The notes under the pieces: generated by a model
Told to the model about the DNA's origin: nothing
Databases searched by the model: none
What the model saw: the letters and a program-made list of their open reading frames with translations, nothing else
Shown here: one piece after another, positions 20,219 through 30,649 of the stretch
Position numbering within the stretch: position 1 is the first letter of the stretch
Layout: every line of letters begins with the position of its first letter
Program-made: the position numbers and the translations under genes
NCBI GenBank assembly: GCA_963754925.1
Contig: CAVWHX010000001.1
Location: 201,144 to 265,143, forward strand
Source: an uncultured delta proteobacterium
GTDB taxonomy: Bacteria > Myxococcota > B64-G9
Length of the DNA stretch: 64,000 nt
Direction of reading: 5' to 3'

Positions 20219-23200
20219 ATGAGATCTAAAAAAATCCTGTTCATTGAACACGAAAAGGACTTTGCCACCTCTCTGGCTGCAGTATTGAGCGATGGTCAGC
20301 ATCGTTTCTTTTTTGTCGAGCAGGGTAAAACAGCATTTGATGAAGCGGTTCAGATCCGTCCCGATCTGATTATTTTACGCGCTGAGCTGCCTGATAGTTC
20401 TGGTTACTCGCTCTGCACACGCATCGGCAAATCGCATGAGCTCGGCCAAGTCCCCATTCTTTTGTTGTCGTCGGAAGCTACCGACGAAGCAATCGAAAAG
20501 CACCGCAAGGGCAAGCACCCGGCTGATGAGTATCTGATAATGCCGTTCGATATGGAGGAATTCAGAAAGCGGGTGAATGCGCTTATCGGCGTGGAATCTT
20601 CGCCGCCGCCAGAATCAATTGCAGCGACACACGAGCGCAAACTGACGGAAAAGGATGCTCTGGAAGCTGCGTCGGATTCATTGATCGCTTCCTTAAGCGA
20701 TGCCGAGAAACTTCCGGAAGCCGCACCCTATGAGGCGTTACCATCGGCCGAGGCTGAAGCTCAGCCTGATCAGGAGTCACCGGGAGCAGCGCATCCTTCC
20801 GTTGCCGAAGCACCTCGCGCTGAAGATGATGTCGAATCGATCGATGATTCTGAGATTGTCGAGCAGCTTGAACTCGAGCCGCCCGAGTTTCAGCGCCCGC
20901 CCGATCTGCCTAAGGAGCGGAAAATCGTCAGCGATCAGGACCTCGCTTTTGTCGACCAAGCGTTTGAGTCAATAAAGGAGACCCGTAAAGAACTCGAGAG
21001 CGAACGCCCCGAGATAAAAGAACAGAAGAAGAAACCGCTCCCGAAAGGTGGATTAGAGGAAAAGCTCGATTTTTTAAGGGATAAGCTCAAGCAACGCGAG
21101 ACGGAAATCGCCCGCTTGGCAGAGATATGGGAGGCCAAGGAGCAAGAGTTCTCCGCCTACAATGAGCGATTGCTTGATAAAGAGGTCGAGATCCAAGGCC
21201 TGAGAATGCGGGTGGAAGATTTAGAGCGCAAACTTGAGGAGTCGCGCTCTGATGCCGAGCAACAGGCCAAAGAGTTCAAGACCTCGATCGATTCCTTGAT
21301 GGAGGAGAAGGTTGCTACCGAGAACGAGCTGATTCAGGTTGTCGCGGGCAAGGAAAAACAGATCAACGACCAGCGGGTGACCATCTCCAAGAAAGATCGC
21401 GATGGCGAAGCCCTGGAGCGGGATCTGCGGGGAAAAATTAGAGAAGGCGAGGAACAGTACGGCCGGTTGAGCCAACAACTGCAGAATACCACCGAGGAGG
21501 CGTCCGAGCGCGAACGCGGTCTGAAGGAAAAAATCTCTGGCTTGGAGAGTAACCTCCAAGCTCGCAACGAGCATATCGTTGGCCTCGGCCAGGAACTGAA
21601 GCAACTCGGTGAAGAGAAGAGTGCTTCGGAAAAGGCGCTCGGTGAGCGCATCGCCGATCGCGAAGAGCGCATCGCCGGGCTTGAGCAGGATCTCGAGACG
21701 CTCAGAGATGAAAAGCAACAAAGCGAGCGGCAGCTTAATGAAAGTATTCAAGTCCACCTTGAAAACGCCGGTCGTCTTGAGGGCGAACTCAGCCAATTGC
21801 GCGCGCGCACGCAGGAGGAGGCGCATTCCAATCAGCAACAAATTGAAAAGCTTGAGGAGGGCATTGTTGCTCTCGACGACGCGCTCAAGAAACTGCAACG
21901 CGAGAAGGAAGAGCAGCAGCAGCGTCTCGCGGCGCGGCTGGACGATCGGGAATCGCGTATCCGGAGTGTCGAAGAAGAACTGGGGCTGCTCCGTGATGCC
22001 AAGGTCGACCAGGAGCAGCGGCTCGGGCAACGCCTGAGTGAACGCGAGCAAAAAATCGAGGTGCTCCAAAAAGAGCTTGAAGAAGCGCGCCAAGAGCTTG
22101 CGACCGCTACCGACACGCTCGAGGGCCAAACCCGTGATCTCCAAGAGCAGGTCCGCGATCTGGAACAGAAACTCTTGGTTACCCGCAAGGACAAGGAAGT
22201 CGCCACGCGCGATATCGAACGCTTGACCGCCGAACTGGCCGAGCGAGCAAGCGACTTTGAACGGCAGCTCACCGCATTGCGCCAAGCCAAGATCGATGGC
22301 GAAGAAGATCTTCGCTCGCAGATGAACACCGTCGAACAGCTCCTGCAGAAAAAGGAACAGACGCTTGAAGCAACCGATCACGAGTTGGCGGAGCGCGAGC
22401 AAGCGATTGCCGATCTGCGTAAGGAGTACGATCAAGCGGCCCACGCGCACGAATTGCAGGCGCAAGAGTTGGATGGCGAGCTCGATGCCCTGCGCACGGA
22501 GCGCAAACGCGTTCAGAATGAGCTGGACCAGCAACGCGCCAAATATGCCGAAGAAGTCACCAGGCTCAACCAGGAACGCGAACACGAGCAGGAGCAGTAT
22601 CGAATCGAGCGTGCGCGCCTGGATGGGGAACTCTCTGATCGCGCCGGGAGAATTATCGGCCTTGAGGCGCAGTTTGCCTCGGCGCAGGAGACGCGCGCGC
22701 GTTTGGAAGAGGAGCTCTTAGAGGAACAGAACCGCGCCGAGAAGGCCATGTTGACGCACGCCGAGCAGTTGGCCGAGATTCAAGCCAACGCGGATGCCGA
22801 AAACACGGCCCTGCATCAGCAAATCGAAGAGCGCGATGGTCGCATCGCGGATCTCGGCGCCCAAGTGCAGGGTACCCAGGCGGCTTTTGAATCGCACCGT
22901 CAGGCCACCGCCGAGCGGATCGAGCAGATCCAGAACCTGCTCGCCGAGCGCGAACGCCTCATCGTTGCCCGCGAGGAGGAGCTTCGCCAAACGCGCGAGC
23001 GCGCCTCGGTCGATCTCAATGCGGTCCGCGCCGAGTCAGAGCGGGTGTTGGAACAGGTCCATGGTCAGGCAAAAGCCGAGCTTAATGCCGAGCACGAGCG
23101 CGCCAATGAAATCAAGGCGCGGCTGGAGCGCGAGGTCGGGGAACGAGACGGTCGGCTGCGGGCCCTGAGCGAGGAGATGCGCTCCCAGGCCCAGGATGCT

Positions 23201-24169
23201 TCCGAGCGCGAGAGTGAACTTAGCGAGCTTCTGGCCCAAGCCGAGTCCGGCCTCAAGGAACACCGGCAGCGACTTCAGCATCTGCAAGTTGAGCTGGCAT
23301 CAAGCCAGTCACGGGCAAGCGAGCTCCAGAATAAATTAACGAGCATAACCCAGGAAAGCACCGCTAAACAGGCTACGTGGCGTGATCGCTGTGTCGATTT
23401 AGAGCGGCAAGCCAACGAGCTCTCCGATACCCTCCGGACGACTACTGAACAGCAGCAAAAGATGCGTTCCGATATTCGGGATCGGATTGCCATCTGGGAA
23501 GAAAAATTAGCGTCAATGAACGAACAACTGGTGGTCGCCAAGGAGCAAGAGAGTCAACTCAAGCAGCAGTACGAACAGCGCTTGGCGAATGCCGAAGTCG
23601 AGTGGCAGAAACGCATGCGTGAGGTTGAGCGACAGGTCGAGGCTGCGGCTGCTAAGGTGCGCGAGGTCGAGCGCGAGAAAGCGCAGGTGGTTCAAGCCGA
23701 AGCGGCATTCCATCAGGAGCAAGCGCAGATGCAGCAGGCTATGGACGCCGTGCGGCAGGAGCGGGAAGAGCTTCGGGCCTTGAATCAGAAGCTCGAAGAA
23801 ACCATTCAGCGCCATGCGCACGAAAAAGAAGATGTTGAGCTTCGGTATATGCAGGAAATGGAAGGCAAGCAGGATTATTATATCAAGGAGCTCGAGCGGG
23901 TGCGTTCTGTCCACATTGGCGAAATTACCAAGTTGCGGCAGAGCTACCTGCAGCGAGGCAAGGAGCTCAAAATCGCAGAACTCGAGATCCAACGGCTCCG
24001 CGACAAGATTTCCGAACTCGAGAAACGGCCGGCGCCTTCGCCGACGCCGCGGGCGGCGGCTCGGCTGCAGATGGGTGATAGTGGGGCGCTCCCGCGCGCC
24101 AACGCGCCCGACACAAGCGACTTCGACATTGATCAGATGCTTGATGTTTTAAACGAGAAGAAGGACTAA
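20219..24169 (+). CDS. aglZ: AglZ-like pseudo-receiver plus long coiled-coil (gliding-motility protein)
   Basis: DFATSLAAVL, RPDLIILRAEL (no phospho-Asp), LLLSSE, YLIMPFDM match the AglZ N-terminus as I recall it; followed by about 1000 aa of heptad repeats. Confidence 0.75.
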   Translation: MRSKKILFIEHEKDFATSLAAVLSDGQHRFFFVEQGKTAFDEAVQIRPDLIILRAELPDSSGYSLCTRIGKSHELGQVPILLLSSEATDEAIEKHRKGKHPADEYLIMPFDMEEFRKRVNALIGVESSPPPESIAATHERKLTEKDALEAASDSLIASLSDAEKLPEAAPYEALPSAEAEAQPDQESPGAAHPSVAEAPRAEDDVESIDDSEIVEQLELEPPEFQRPPDLPKERKIVSDQDLAFVDQAFESIKETRKELESERPEIKEQKKKPLPKGGLEEKLDFLRDKLKQRETEIARLAEIWEAKEQEFSAYNERLLDKEVEIQGLRMRVEDLERKLEESRSDAEQQAKEFKTSIDSLMEEKVATENELIQVVAGKEKQINDQRVTISKKDRDGEALERDLRGKIREGEEQYGRLSQQLQNTTEEASERERGLKEKISGLESNLQARNEHIVGLGQELKQLGEEKSASEKALGERIADREERIAGLEQDLETLRDEKQQSERQLNESIQVHLENAGRLEGELSQLRARTQEEAHSNQQQIEKLEEGIVALDDALKKLQREKEEQQQRLAARLDDRESRIRSVEEELGLLRDAKVDQEQRLGQRLSEREQKIEVLQKELEEARQELATATDTLEGQTRDLQEQVRDLEQKLLVTRKDKEVATRDIERLTAELAERASDFERQLTALRQAKIDGEEDLRSQMNTVEQLLQKKEQTLEATDHELAEREQAIADLRKEYDQAAHAHELQAQELDGELDALRTERKRVQNELDQQRAKYAEEVTRLNQEREHEQEQYRIERARLDGELSDRAGRIIGLEAQFASAQETRARLEEELLEEQNRAEKAMLTHAEQLAEIQANADAENTALHQQIEERDGRIADLGAQVQGTQAAFESHRQATAERIEQIQNLLAERERLIVAREEELRQTRERASVDLNAVRAESERVLEQVHGQAKAELNAEHERANEIKARLEREVGERDGRLRALSEEMRSQAQDASERESELSELLAQAESGLKEHRQRLQHLQVELASSQSRASELQNKLTSITQESTAKQATWRDRCVDLERQANELSDTLRTTTEQQQKMRSDIRDRIAIWEEKLASMNEQLVVAKEQESQLKQQYEQRLANAEVEWQKRMREVERQVEAAAAKVREVEREKAQVVQAEAAFHQEQAQMQQAMDAVRQEREELRALNQKLEETIQRHAHEKEDVELRYMQEMEGKQDYYIKELERVRSVHIGEITKLRQSYLQRGKELKIAELEIQRLRDKISELEKRPAPSPTPRAAARLQMGDSGALPRANAPDTSDFDIDQMLDVLNEKKD

Positions 24170-24174
24170 GTGAT

Positions 24175-24217
24175 CTGGATTCCCAGCCAAGCCGCACAGC
24201 ACTTTCGTGGGAATGAC
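24175..24217. repeat. Degenerate REP-like palindrome (CTGGATTCCC...GGGAATGAC)
   Basis: Ends match the widespread ATTCCC/GGGAAT REP class; lies between convergent genes. Confidence 0.5.
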
Positions 24218-24225
24218 AACTAATA

Positions 24226-24897
24226 TTATGGTTTTGATTTTCTCAGCGGCACCGCGTTTGCAGGACCGACACGGCGGAAATCACGCAGCGGCGCAAGTTC
24301 CCCGAGGCAATCCTGTTTTCCGAGCTCGCGCAGGCGATCGAAGACGAGGATCCAGGCGCACGCCCGCTCGGGATCAATTTCGCAGCGCCCGTCTTTGGTG
24401 CCGCCGCAGGGGCCATTTTGCAGCCCTTTGGCGCATCGGGTAGTGACACAAATGCCCCCGGTACGCTCAAGCCGACACTGACCGCACAGCGAGCACTGTT
24501 GCTCGAAGCGACGTTCCCGAAACTCGCCTTGCATAATAGTATTGCACCCGGGGTGCACCGAAAGATAGGGAAGGTCGAGCTCTCGAAGGGTCTGCAGCAC
24601 ACATTGGACGGCGCCGCCGCAGGCAAGCACCACCACTCCCTCGGCCGCGGCTAGGGATCGCAGATAGGGTCGCAGCGAGCGCTTGACCTCGCGCGCGTTG
24701 CATGCAACCTCAAGGACCATACTGCCCACAACACGCTTGCCGCAACTTTCAAGCTGCCTCTGCAAGGAGGCGACCTGGCGCTCGCCGCCCGACTGGCAAC
24801 TGGTGGCGCACAGTCCGCAGCCGATTAAGAAAAGATTTTGCTCGTCCTTGAGCCAGGCGAGCACTTCTTCGAACGGTTTGGGGATGCTGACGATCAC
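24226..24897 (-). CDS. Methylene-THF reductase C-terminal domain protein (MetV-like)
   Basis: GCGLCATSCQSGG, LACGGAVQ, CSLCGQC...TGGICVTTRCAKGLQNGPCGG...CE...CAW. Confidence 0.85.
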   Translation of the reverse strand: MIVSIPKPFEEVLAWLKDEQNLFLIGCGLCATSCQSGGERQVASLQRQLESCGKRVVGSMVLEVACNAREVKRSLRPYLRSLAAAEGVVVLACGGAVQCVLQTLRELDLPYLSVHPGCNTIMQGEFRERRFEQQCSLCGQCRLERTGGICVTTRCAKGLQNGPCGGTKDGRCEIDPERACAWILVFDRLRELGKQDCLGELAPLRDFRRVGPANAVPLRKSKP

Positions 24898-24963
24898 ACT
24901 ATATTGCCTCCGTATTATGGTGTATGATCATTTACGATATTGGTCAATCCTAAAGGAGAAACC

Positions 24964-25176
24964 ATGCCATCAGACGAGTTTGACGGCGAAGATAAAAAGA
25001 AAGGTGACGGGGGTGATGGGAAACGTTTTGACGAATTTGACTGCCCCCTGTGCAACGCCAATAACCCGTACGACGACGGCTTTCATGATGGTGAGAACAT
25101 CCGCTGCTACTACTGTGGCACCGAATTCAGGGTCAAAGTAGACGAAAATGGGAAGATTCGGCTAAGAGAAACGTAA
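24964..25176 (+). CDS. Small zinc-ribbon protein
   Basis: FDCPLCNA...IRCYYCG; AAGGAG RBS. Confidence 0.7.
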   Translation: MPSDEFDGEDKKKGDGGDGKRFDEFDCPLCNANNPYDDGFHDGENIRCYYCGTEFRVKVDENGKIRLRET

Positions 25177-25691
25177 TCAAGCCCCATCCAGAACCTGGTG
25201 TTCGTGCTGTTCAAGCCATGCTCGGGGGTCCTTAAGAACACGAGTGAATCGACCAACGAAAGATGGTGTTCGCGTTCGATGCCGGCCATGAAGGTAAAAA
25301 AGTTTTTCTCCATCGGATTATCGCAGATCGTGGCCAGCTGTTTGTAAAACGCGGCTCCTTTGGCCTCAAACTCAATCGCCTTTTCGATTGCTTTCTGATC
25401 ATCGAGGTCGTGGTTCTTTTCGGATCCGCTCTGTTGGGCTGTTTTCTGAAGGACCTCCTTAATGTTGGTGCCATTGACCTCTATTGGCAGGTCAACGGGC
25501 CAGGATTTGTGTTCAATGAGCCTCTGATGGAGTCCTCTGATGCGCCTCATGTGCTCGCCCTCTTCCTTGGCCAACTTCTCAAACATAGTCTTGGCAAGCT
25601 GGTTTTTTGAGCGCCCGGCCTCTTTGCGATAGAAGGTCATCTCGATCTCTTCATTTTTTAATGCCATCGAGATGGAAGTCATGCGATCCAT
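25177..25691 (-). CDS. Ferritin-like/rubrerythrin family protein, frameshift near 25225
   Basis: MALKNEEIEMTFY, LAKEEGEH, AIEFEAKGAAFY, IEREH diiron motifs; alternative frame ends WLEQHEHQVLDGA*. Confidence 0.85.
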
Positions 25692-25828
25692 TGATGTTCC
25701 TCCTTAACTATATACATTACCATAACCATATATTCCAGCTTGTAAAGCAAGGGTGAACAGGTAACGGGGGATATTTTTATTCAAGTAAAGAGTTAAGGTT
25801 GCGAAGAAGGGAAAGGAACGATACAAAC

Positions 25829-26041
25829 TCACTCGGGTTCTTCGTCGGTGTCTATGTTGATCGAGGGGAATTGACGAATCTGATCGCGCGCAATACGCCA
25901 CGCTTGCTGGACTATCCAAGAAAGGGAGCGATCTTGTCGTAAGGCTTCGTTTTTGATCTCGGTCAACATCTTTTCGGGGAAGTAGAGGCTTTGTTTGCGC
26001 TTATCGGTAAGCGAATTTTCCTTTTTCTCCTCTTTTTCCAT
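25829..26041 (-). CDS. cdbA: CdbA/CdbB-like ribbon-helix-helix c-di-GMP-binding nucleoid protein (TIGR04563 family)
   Basis: DKRKQSLYFPEKMLTEIKNEALRQDRSLSWIVQQAWRIAR signature; start 26041 or 26083. Confidence 0.85.
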   Translation of the reverse strand: MEKEEKKENSLTDKRKQSLYFPEKMLTEIKNEALRQDRSLSWIVQQAWRIARDQIRQFPSINIDTDEEPE

Positions 26042-26268
26042 TGCCGTTTCTAAAAACTCCTCGTTATTCTGATTGTTTACCATGTGCGCCCCAACCTTGT
26101 TTAACGTGAACTTTCGACAACCGTTTCCACTACAGCGAATAATGTTAACTCGACATTCGATGTTTGTCAAAAGAATGTATGAGAATATGTGAGATAGTGG
26201 TGGCTTGTATTGAACTCCCCAGAGAAGGTACGATACCTATCAATTGATGCGTTTGTTTGGCCTACCAA

Positions 26269-26916
26269 TCAATCCGCTATCAATTCAAATACGTTGGCAT
26301 TTCTCAGGAATTTACCGGTGAGCTCGGTATCCGCTGGCGTTCGGTATGTTGCAACCGCTACCAAACCCCGGTCAGGCAGATATCCGCGCCCTGGATCTCC
26401 GATGAGAACTTGAATCCCGCCTGAAGCGATTTGTCGCAGCCAGGCAATTACTTTCCCAGCGAATTTAGGATCGTAACATACATCTCCGGCAAGAACAACC
26501 TCAAACCCGCGAACCGTAGCGCCAACGAGATCATCATTGGTAGTAGTTATGGCAACCCCATTGAGCTGAGCGTTAATTTGTATGACCTCATTGGTGAGGG
26601 GATCGATGTCTACGGCTACAACCTCTTGGGCACCTGACAGCGCTGCCGCTATTGCCACGACACCGCCGCCTGCGCCAAAGTCCAGCACCCGTTTGCCCGC
26701 AACCAGCTGCGGATGATCGAGTAGATAACGAGCCAATGCCTGCCCGCCAGCCCAGCAAAAGGCCCAATACGGATCGGCCAGATCATAGGCCGCGAGGTCT
26801 TTCTCGCGAGCGCGCCACAAGGGACATGATTCGGTGACCAGGCGAAGCCGTATTTCAGGGCATAGGTAGGGCGTGCTCTCGCGGGTGTTCTCGATGATGA
26901 ACGTGTGCCGATCCAT
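26269..26916 (-). CDS. Class I SAM-dependent methyltransferase (PrmA/ETFB-KMT-like)
   Basis: PYWAFCWAGGQALARY, VLDFGAGGG, AGDVCY, IGDPGRGYLP. Confidence 0.88.
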   Translation of the reverse strand: MDRHTFIIENTRESTPYLCPEIRLRLVTESCPLWRAREKDLAAYDLADPYWAFCWAGGQALARYLLDHPQLVAGKRVLDFGAGGGVVAIAAALSGAQEVVAVDIDPLTNEVIQINAQLNGVAITTTNDDLVGATVRGFEVVLAGDVCYDPKFAGKVIAWLRQIASGGIQVLIGDPGRGYLPDRGLVAVATYRTPADTELTGKFLRNANVFELIAD

Positions 26917-27024
26917 TTTTCTAACGGTGTACTAACCTGAAAACCCATAACCTGTAAAGTTTGATTGACTAACTGCTTCTGCTCTGCTAACTGAAAGCGC
27001 GGAAACAACGTCTGCGGGAGTCAT

Positions 27025-27702
27025 ATGGAACAATTTGATTTAAAGAGAATTATCGATTTCATTGTCCCCATGATACTGTCGGTGACTGTTCACGAGTATG
27101 CCCATGCCTGGGTGGCGGCCAAGTTAGGAGATGACACAGCGACGCGCATGGGACGAAAGACACTTAACCCTATTGCTCATATCGATCCGATCTGGACGCT
27201 CCTTGTTCCCATTATCGGAATCATGTCTCATGGGCCGGTCTTTGGGATGGCGAAACCGGTACCTATCAATCCTGTTCGGTTTAACAGAAAGTATCGCATG
27301 AAGTTTAGTATTCTACTGGTAGCGTTAGCTGGCCCGATATCGAATTTGATTTTTGCCATTCTCGTGGCGCTAGCGTTGGGAGTACTGACGTCGCCCGCGG
27401 CGGGACTGGTATCGTATTTTGATAAGAGTATCAATGGCGCACTGTTCACGTTGGCGATTACAACTATCCTGGTGAACGTAACACTCTTTATTTTCAATCT
27501 CATCCCGATACCACCGTTGGATGGCAGCAAGGTACTGGCCGGCCTTCTTCCCGACCGATTCTTGCCAATGTTTAGCGTTGTGGAGAAATATTTTTACATC
27601 TTTTTCATTTTCCTTTTAATCTTCGGCGGAGCGTTCATTGAAACTCCCGTTGTTTGGGTAACCGATATATTATCTCAGCTAACGGGGTTTAAGATATTGT
27701 GA
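27025..27702 (+). CDS. Site-2 protease (M50) family
   Basis: HEYAH, ALAGPISN, FNLIPIPPLDG. Confidence 0.93.
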   Translation: MEQFDLKRIIDFIVPMILSVTVHEYAHAWVAAKLGDDTATRMGRKTLNPIAHIDPIWTLLVPIIGIMSHGPVFGMAKPVPINPVRFNRKYRMKFSILLVALAGPISNLIFAILVALALGVLTSPAAGLVSYFDKSINGALFTLAITTILVNVTLFIFNLIPIPPLDGSKVLAGLLPDRFLPMFSVVEKYFYIFFIFLLIFGGAFIETPVVWVTDILSQLTGFKIL

Positions 27703-27736
27703 TCATTGAGTCATTCTCATGGGGAGTTTTGATGAA

Positions 27737-28732
27737 ATGAGCCGTCAAAGAGTGCTGAGTGGCGTACAGGCTTCTGGTCGGTTGCACTTAGGCAACTACC
27801 ACGGAGCTTTTGAAACCTGGGTAACGCTTCAGGACCGATACGAATGCTTCTTCTTCATCGCCGATTGGCACGCCCTAACCGCGTTGGTGACAGAACCAGG
27901 TAAGATACGCGAATATACCAGAGAAGCGGCGATAGATTTGCTGGCCTGCGGATTGGATCCGGAAAAATGCACTATCTTTGTTCAGTCCGAGGTGCCACAA
28001 CACGCCGAATTAAATCTTCTTCTTGGAATGCTGACGCCGGTGCCCTGGCTGGAGCGGGTACCGTCATACAAAGACAAGAAGCAGGAATTGAGCGACAAGG
28101 ATCTCTCGAGCGTCGGCTTCTTAAACTACCCGGTGTTACAGGCGGCCGATATTACTATCTACAAGGCTTCATTGGTGCCGGTCGGTGAAGACCAACTTCC
28201 CCATTTGGAACTAACCCGCGAAATTGTGCGGCGTTTCAATTTCATTCATGGTAGCGTGCTGGTTGAACCGCGCGAGATTGTCAATACGGTTACGCTGCTG
28301 CCTGGCCTCGACGGGCGTAAGATGTCTAAGTCTTACAACAATGCCGTGTACCTGTCGGATGATGATGAGACCGTACGCAAAAAGTTTAGCAACGCCGTCA
28401 CCGATCCCCAACGCCAGCGCCGCAAAGATCCGGGACGACCCGAGGTGTGTAACATATTTGCCTACCACACGTTGTACACCCCGGAGGACCGCTTGCATGA
28501 AATCGACCGCCTGTGCCGTACGGCCGGGATTGGCTGCGTTGAATGCAAGCGTGAGCTTATCGAAAACTTTTTCGCCTTCTTTTCGGCGATCCGCGCGCGG
28601 CGCGCGAAACTAGCGCAGCAGGTGCCCTATGTTCGCGAGGTACTCGATCGCGGTGCGCAACGCGCTCGGGAGGCAGCCGAAGAAACCATGACGGTCGTGC
28701 GCGAAGCAATGAAGATAGGATGGCGGATATGA
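27737..28732 (+). CDS. trpS: Tryptophan--tRNA ligase
   Basis: HLGN, ADWHALT, YPVLQAADI, KMSKS. Confidence 0.97.
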   Translation: MSRQRVLSGVQASGRLHLGNYHGAFETWVTLQDRYECFFFIADWHALTALVTEPGKIREYTREAAIDLLACGLDPEKCTIFVQSEVPQHAELNLLLGMLTPVPWLERVPSYKDKKQELSDKDLSSVGFLNYPVLQAADITIYKASLVPVGEDQLPHLELTREIVRRFNFIHGSVLVEPREIVNTVTLLPGLDGRKMSKSYNNAVYLSDDDETVRKKFSNAVTDPQRQRRKDPGRPEVCNIFAYHTLYTPEDRLHEIDRLCRTAGIGCVECKRELIENFFAFFSAIRARRAKLAQQVPYVREVLDRGAQRAREAAEETMTVVREAMKIGWRI

Positions 28733-29571
28733 ATTCGCCGGACAGCACGCCGCTTGACTGGGAAGATCTCGAACCCGAGTCCGGTGAACGGCCGGCCGAA
28801 GGGTATCGGGTAACGCTGCCTAATTTCGAGGGGCCGTTGGATCTACTGCTGCATCTGATTAGAAAGCATGAAATTAATATATTCGACATTCCGATCGCGC
28901 CGATTACTGAGAAATACTTAGCGTATCTGCGGTGGATGGAAGCGCTCAATCTAGATATTGCTGGCGAGTTCTTAGTGATGGCCTCGACGCTCACCTATAT
29001 CAAGTCCCGCATGCTCCTTCCGCCGGAAGAGAGGCCCGCCGATGAGGAAGAGGAAGAGCTTGATCCTCGCGCCGATTTAGTGCGACGCCTGTTAGATTAT
29101 CAGCGGTACCAGGAAGTGGCCGAGGAGCTCAAGGATCAACCACTCTTGGATCGAGATGTTTTCGCACGTAAGCCAGTCACACCGACACCTGAGGATGAGG
29201 AGGACCGCAATCCCTTTGAAGAGGTATCGGTTTTCGTTTTGATCGAGGCCGTCGAGCGCGTCATGCACCACGCCCCGCAAAAGCTGAGCCACCAGGTATT
29301 GGTCGAACGCATTTCGGTGGCCCAGCGCATGCAGGAACTAACGGAACTGCTCGTGCAGCGTAAAGACATTACGTTTGAAGAGTTGTTTACCCATGCATCA
29401 GATCCGTCGCTTATGGTGGTGACCTTCATTGCTCTTTTGGAGATGGCGCGGTTGAAGATGGTTCGACTGCACCAAACCGATGACACCGGTCTCATTCACA
29501 TTCGGGGCTTGCTTGAGGGAGTGGATGTCGAGCAGGCGCTTGCCTCCATAGGCCCCGGGGGACAGGATTGA
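28720..29571 (+). CDS. scpA: Segregation and condensation protein A
   Basis: FEGPLDLLLHLI, EFLVMASTL..IKSRMLLP, VTFIALLE. Confidence 0.95.
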   Translation: MADMNSPDSTPLDWEDLEPESGERPAEGYRVTLPNFEGPLDLLLHLIRKHEINIFDIPIAPITEKYLAYLRWMEALNLDIAGEFLVMASTLTYIKSRMLLPPEERPADEEEEELDPRADLVRRLLDYQRYQEVAEELKDQPLLDRDVFARKPVTPTPEDEEDRNPFEEVSVFVLIEAVERVMHHAPQKLSHQVLVERISVAQRMQELTELLVQRKDITFEELFTHASDPSLMVVTFIALLEMARLKMVRLHQTDDTGLIHIRGLLEGVDVEQALASIGPGGQD

Positions 29572-29581
29572 ACGTTTCGCC

Positions 29582-30649
29582 ATGACCGCATCAAAGACCA
29601 GGGAAGAGCTCGATCGTGAGATGGATGCCATTGCAGCGGCTGTTCAGCAGGAATTACCTATCGACGACACGAGATCCGCTCAGGTTTCGGCAGACGAGTT
29701 GGCGACGCCCGATACGTCGGTGGCCGCTGCTCAACCAGTAGCTGCAGATTCGGTTGAGCCGACAGGTTCCGAGGACGAGTCATTGACCGGCGAGACGGCC
29801 GACGCCGCATTGATCGGACGCATACTGATGGTTATCGAAAGCGTCCTCTTTGTTGCCGGTAATCCCGTTGGGTTTTCGACGTTATTGGCCGTGGCGCGCG
29901 AAGTACAGCCCAATCTTTCGGCGCACAGCGCGCGCGAATTACTTGTTCAGCTCCGCGAGAAACTGCGCGAGGAAGGTCGCGGGATACGGCTCGCCGAAGT
30001 AGCCGGCGGATACCAACTCCGCACGCCCTCGGAGTGCGCCCCGTACCTCCGGCGGGTGGTGACGCGGCGGCCGCCGCGCATGACCCGTGCCACGCTTGAA
30101 ACGCTTGCGATGGTCGCCTATCGGCAGCCAATGACCCGGGCCGAGATAGAAGAACTCCGCGGCGTGGATTGCGGGCCGGTATTGCGGCACCTGCTTGAGA
30201 AGAAACTCGTTCGTATCCTTGGCCGCAAGGAGGAGCCCGGGCGGCCGTTGATGTATGGCACAACCAAAGAATTCCTGTCCCTGTTCTCACTCAAAGACCT
30301 TTCCAGTTTGCCGACGTTGAAAGACTTCGTTGAGTTGTCGGATGAGTTTCGAGCTTCACACGGGTTAGAGCCTCGTTCGGCGGAGGCGCCGGATAGCGCC
30401 GGACAAGCCCCTACTGCCGACGCGGATGTGCTGCGTCTCGAGGATACCAGCGCTTTTGCCCCGGTTGGTAACGACGAAGTGATCAGCGAATTAGCCGATG
30501 TCCTCGACGAAATGCGAATTCGAAACCGACAGATTCGAGAGCTCTTTCCGGCGCCAAAAGAACAAAACGAAACAGTAGACGCCAACACCGAAGTCGGGTC
30601 CGCGTTCGATACCGGGGGTAAGCCGGATGATCCTGAAGGGACTACGTGA
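29582..30649 (+). CDS. scpB: Segregation and condensation protein B
   Basis: VAGGYQLRT, LETLAMVAYRQP, GRPLMYGTTKEFL. Confidence 0.95.
   Translation: MTASKTREELDREMDAIAAAVQQELPIDDTRSAQVSADELATPDTSVAAAQPVAADSVEPTGSEDESLTGETADAALIGRILMVIESVLFVAGNPVGFSTLLAVAREVQPNLSAHSARELLVQLREKLREEGRGIRLAEVAGGYQLRTPSECAPYLRRVVTRRPPRMTRATLETLAMVAYRQPMTRAEIEELRGVDCGPVLRHLLEKKLVRILGRKEEPGRPLMYGTTKEFLSLFSLKDLSSLPTLKDFVELSDEFRASHGLEPRSAEAPDSAGQAPTADADVLRLEDTSAFAPVGNDEVISELADVLDEMRIRNRQIRELFPAPKEQNETVDANTEVGSAFDTGGKPDDPEGTT

Noticed and set aside
21221..22585. 454-aa antisense ORF
   Set aside because: Shadow of the Glu/Gln/Arg-rich coiled-coil codons of aglZ; no independent features
20219..24169. SMC protein partnering scpA/scpB
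   Set aside because: No Walker A/B or hinge domain; the N-terminus is a pseudo-receiver domain
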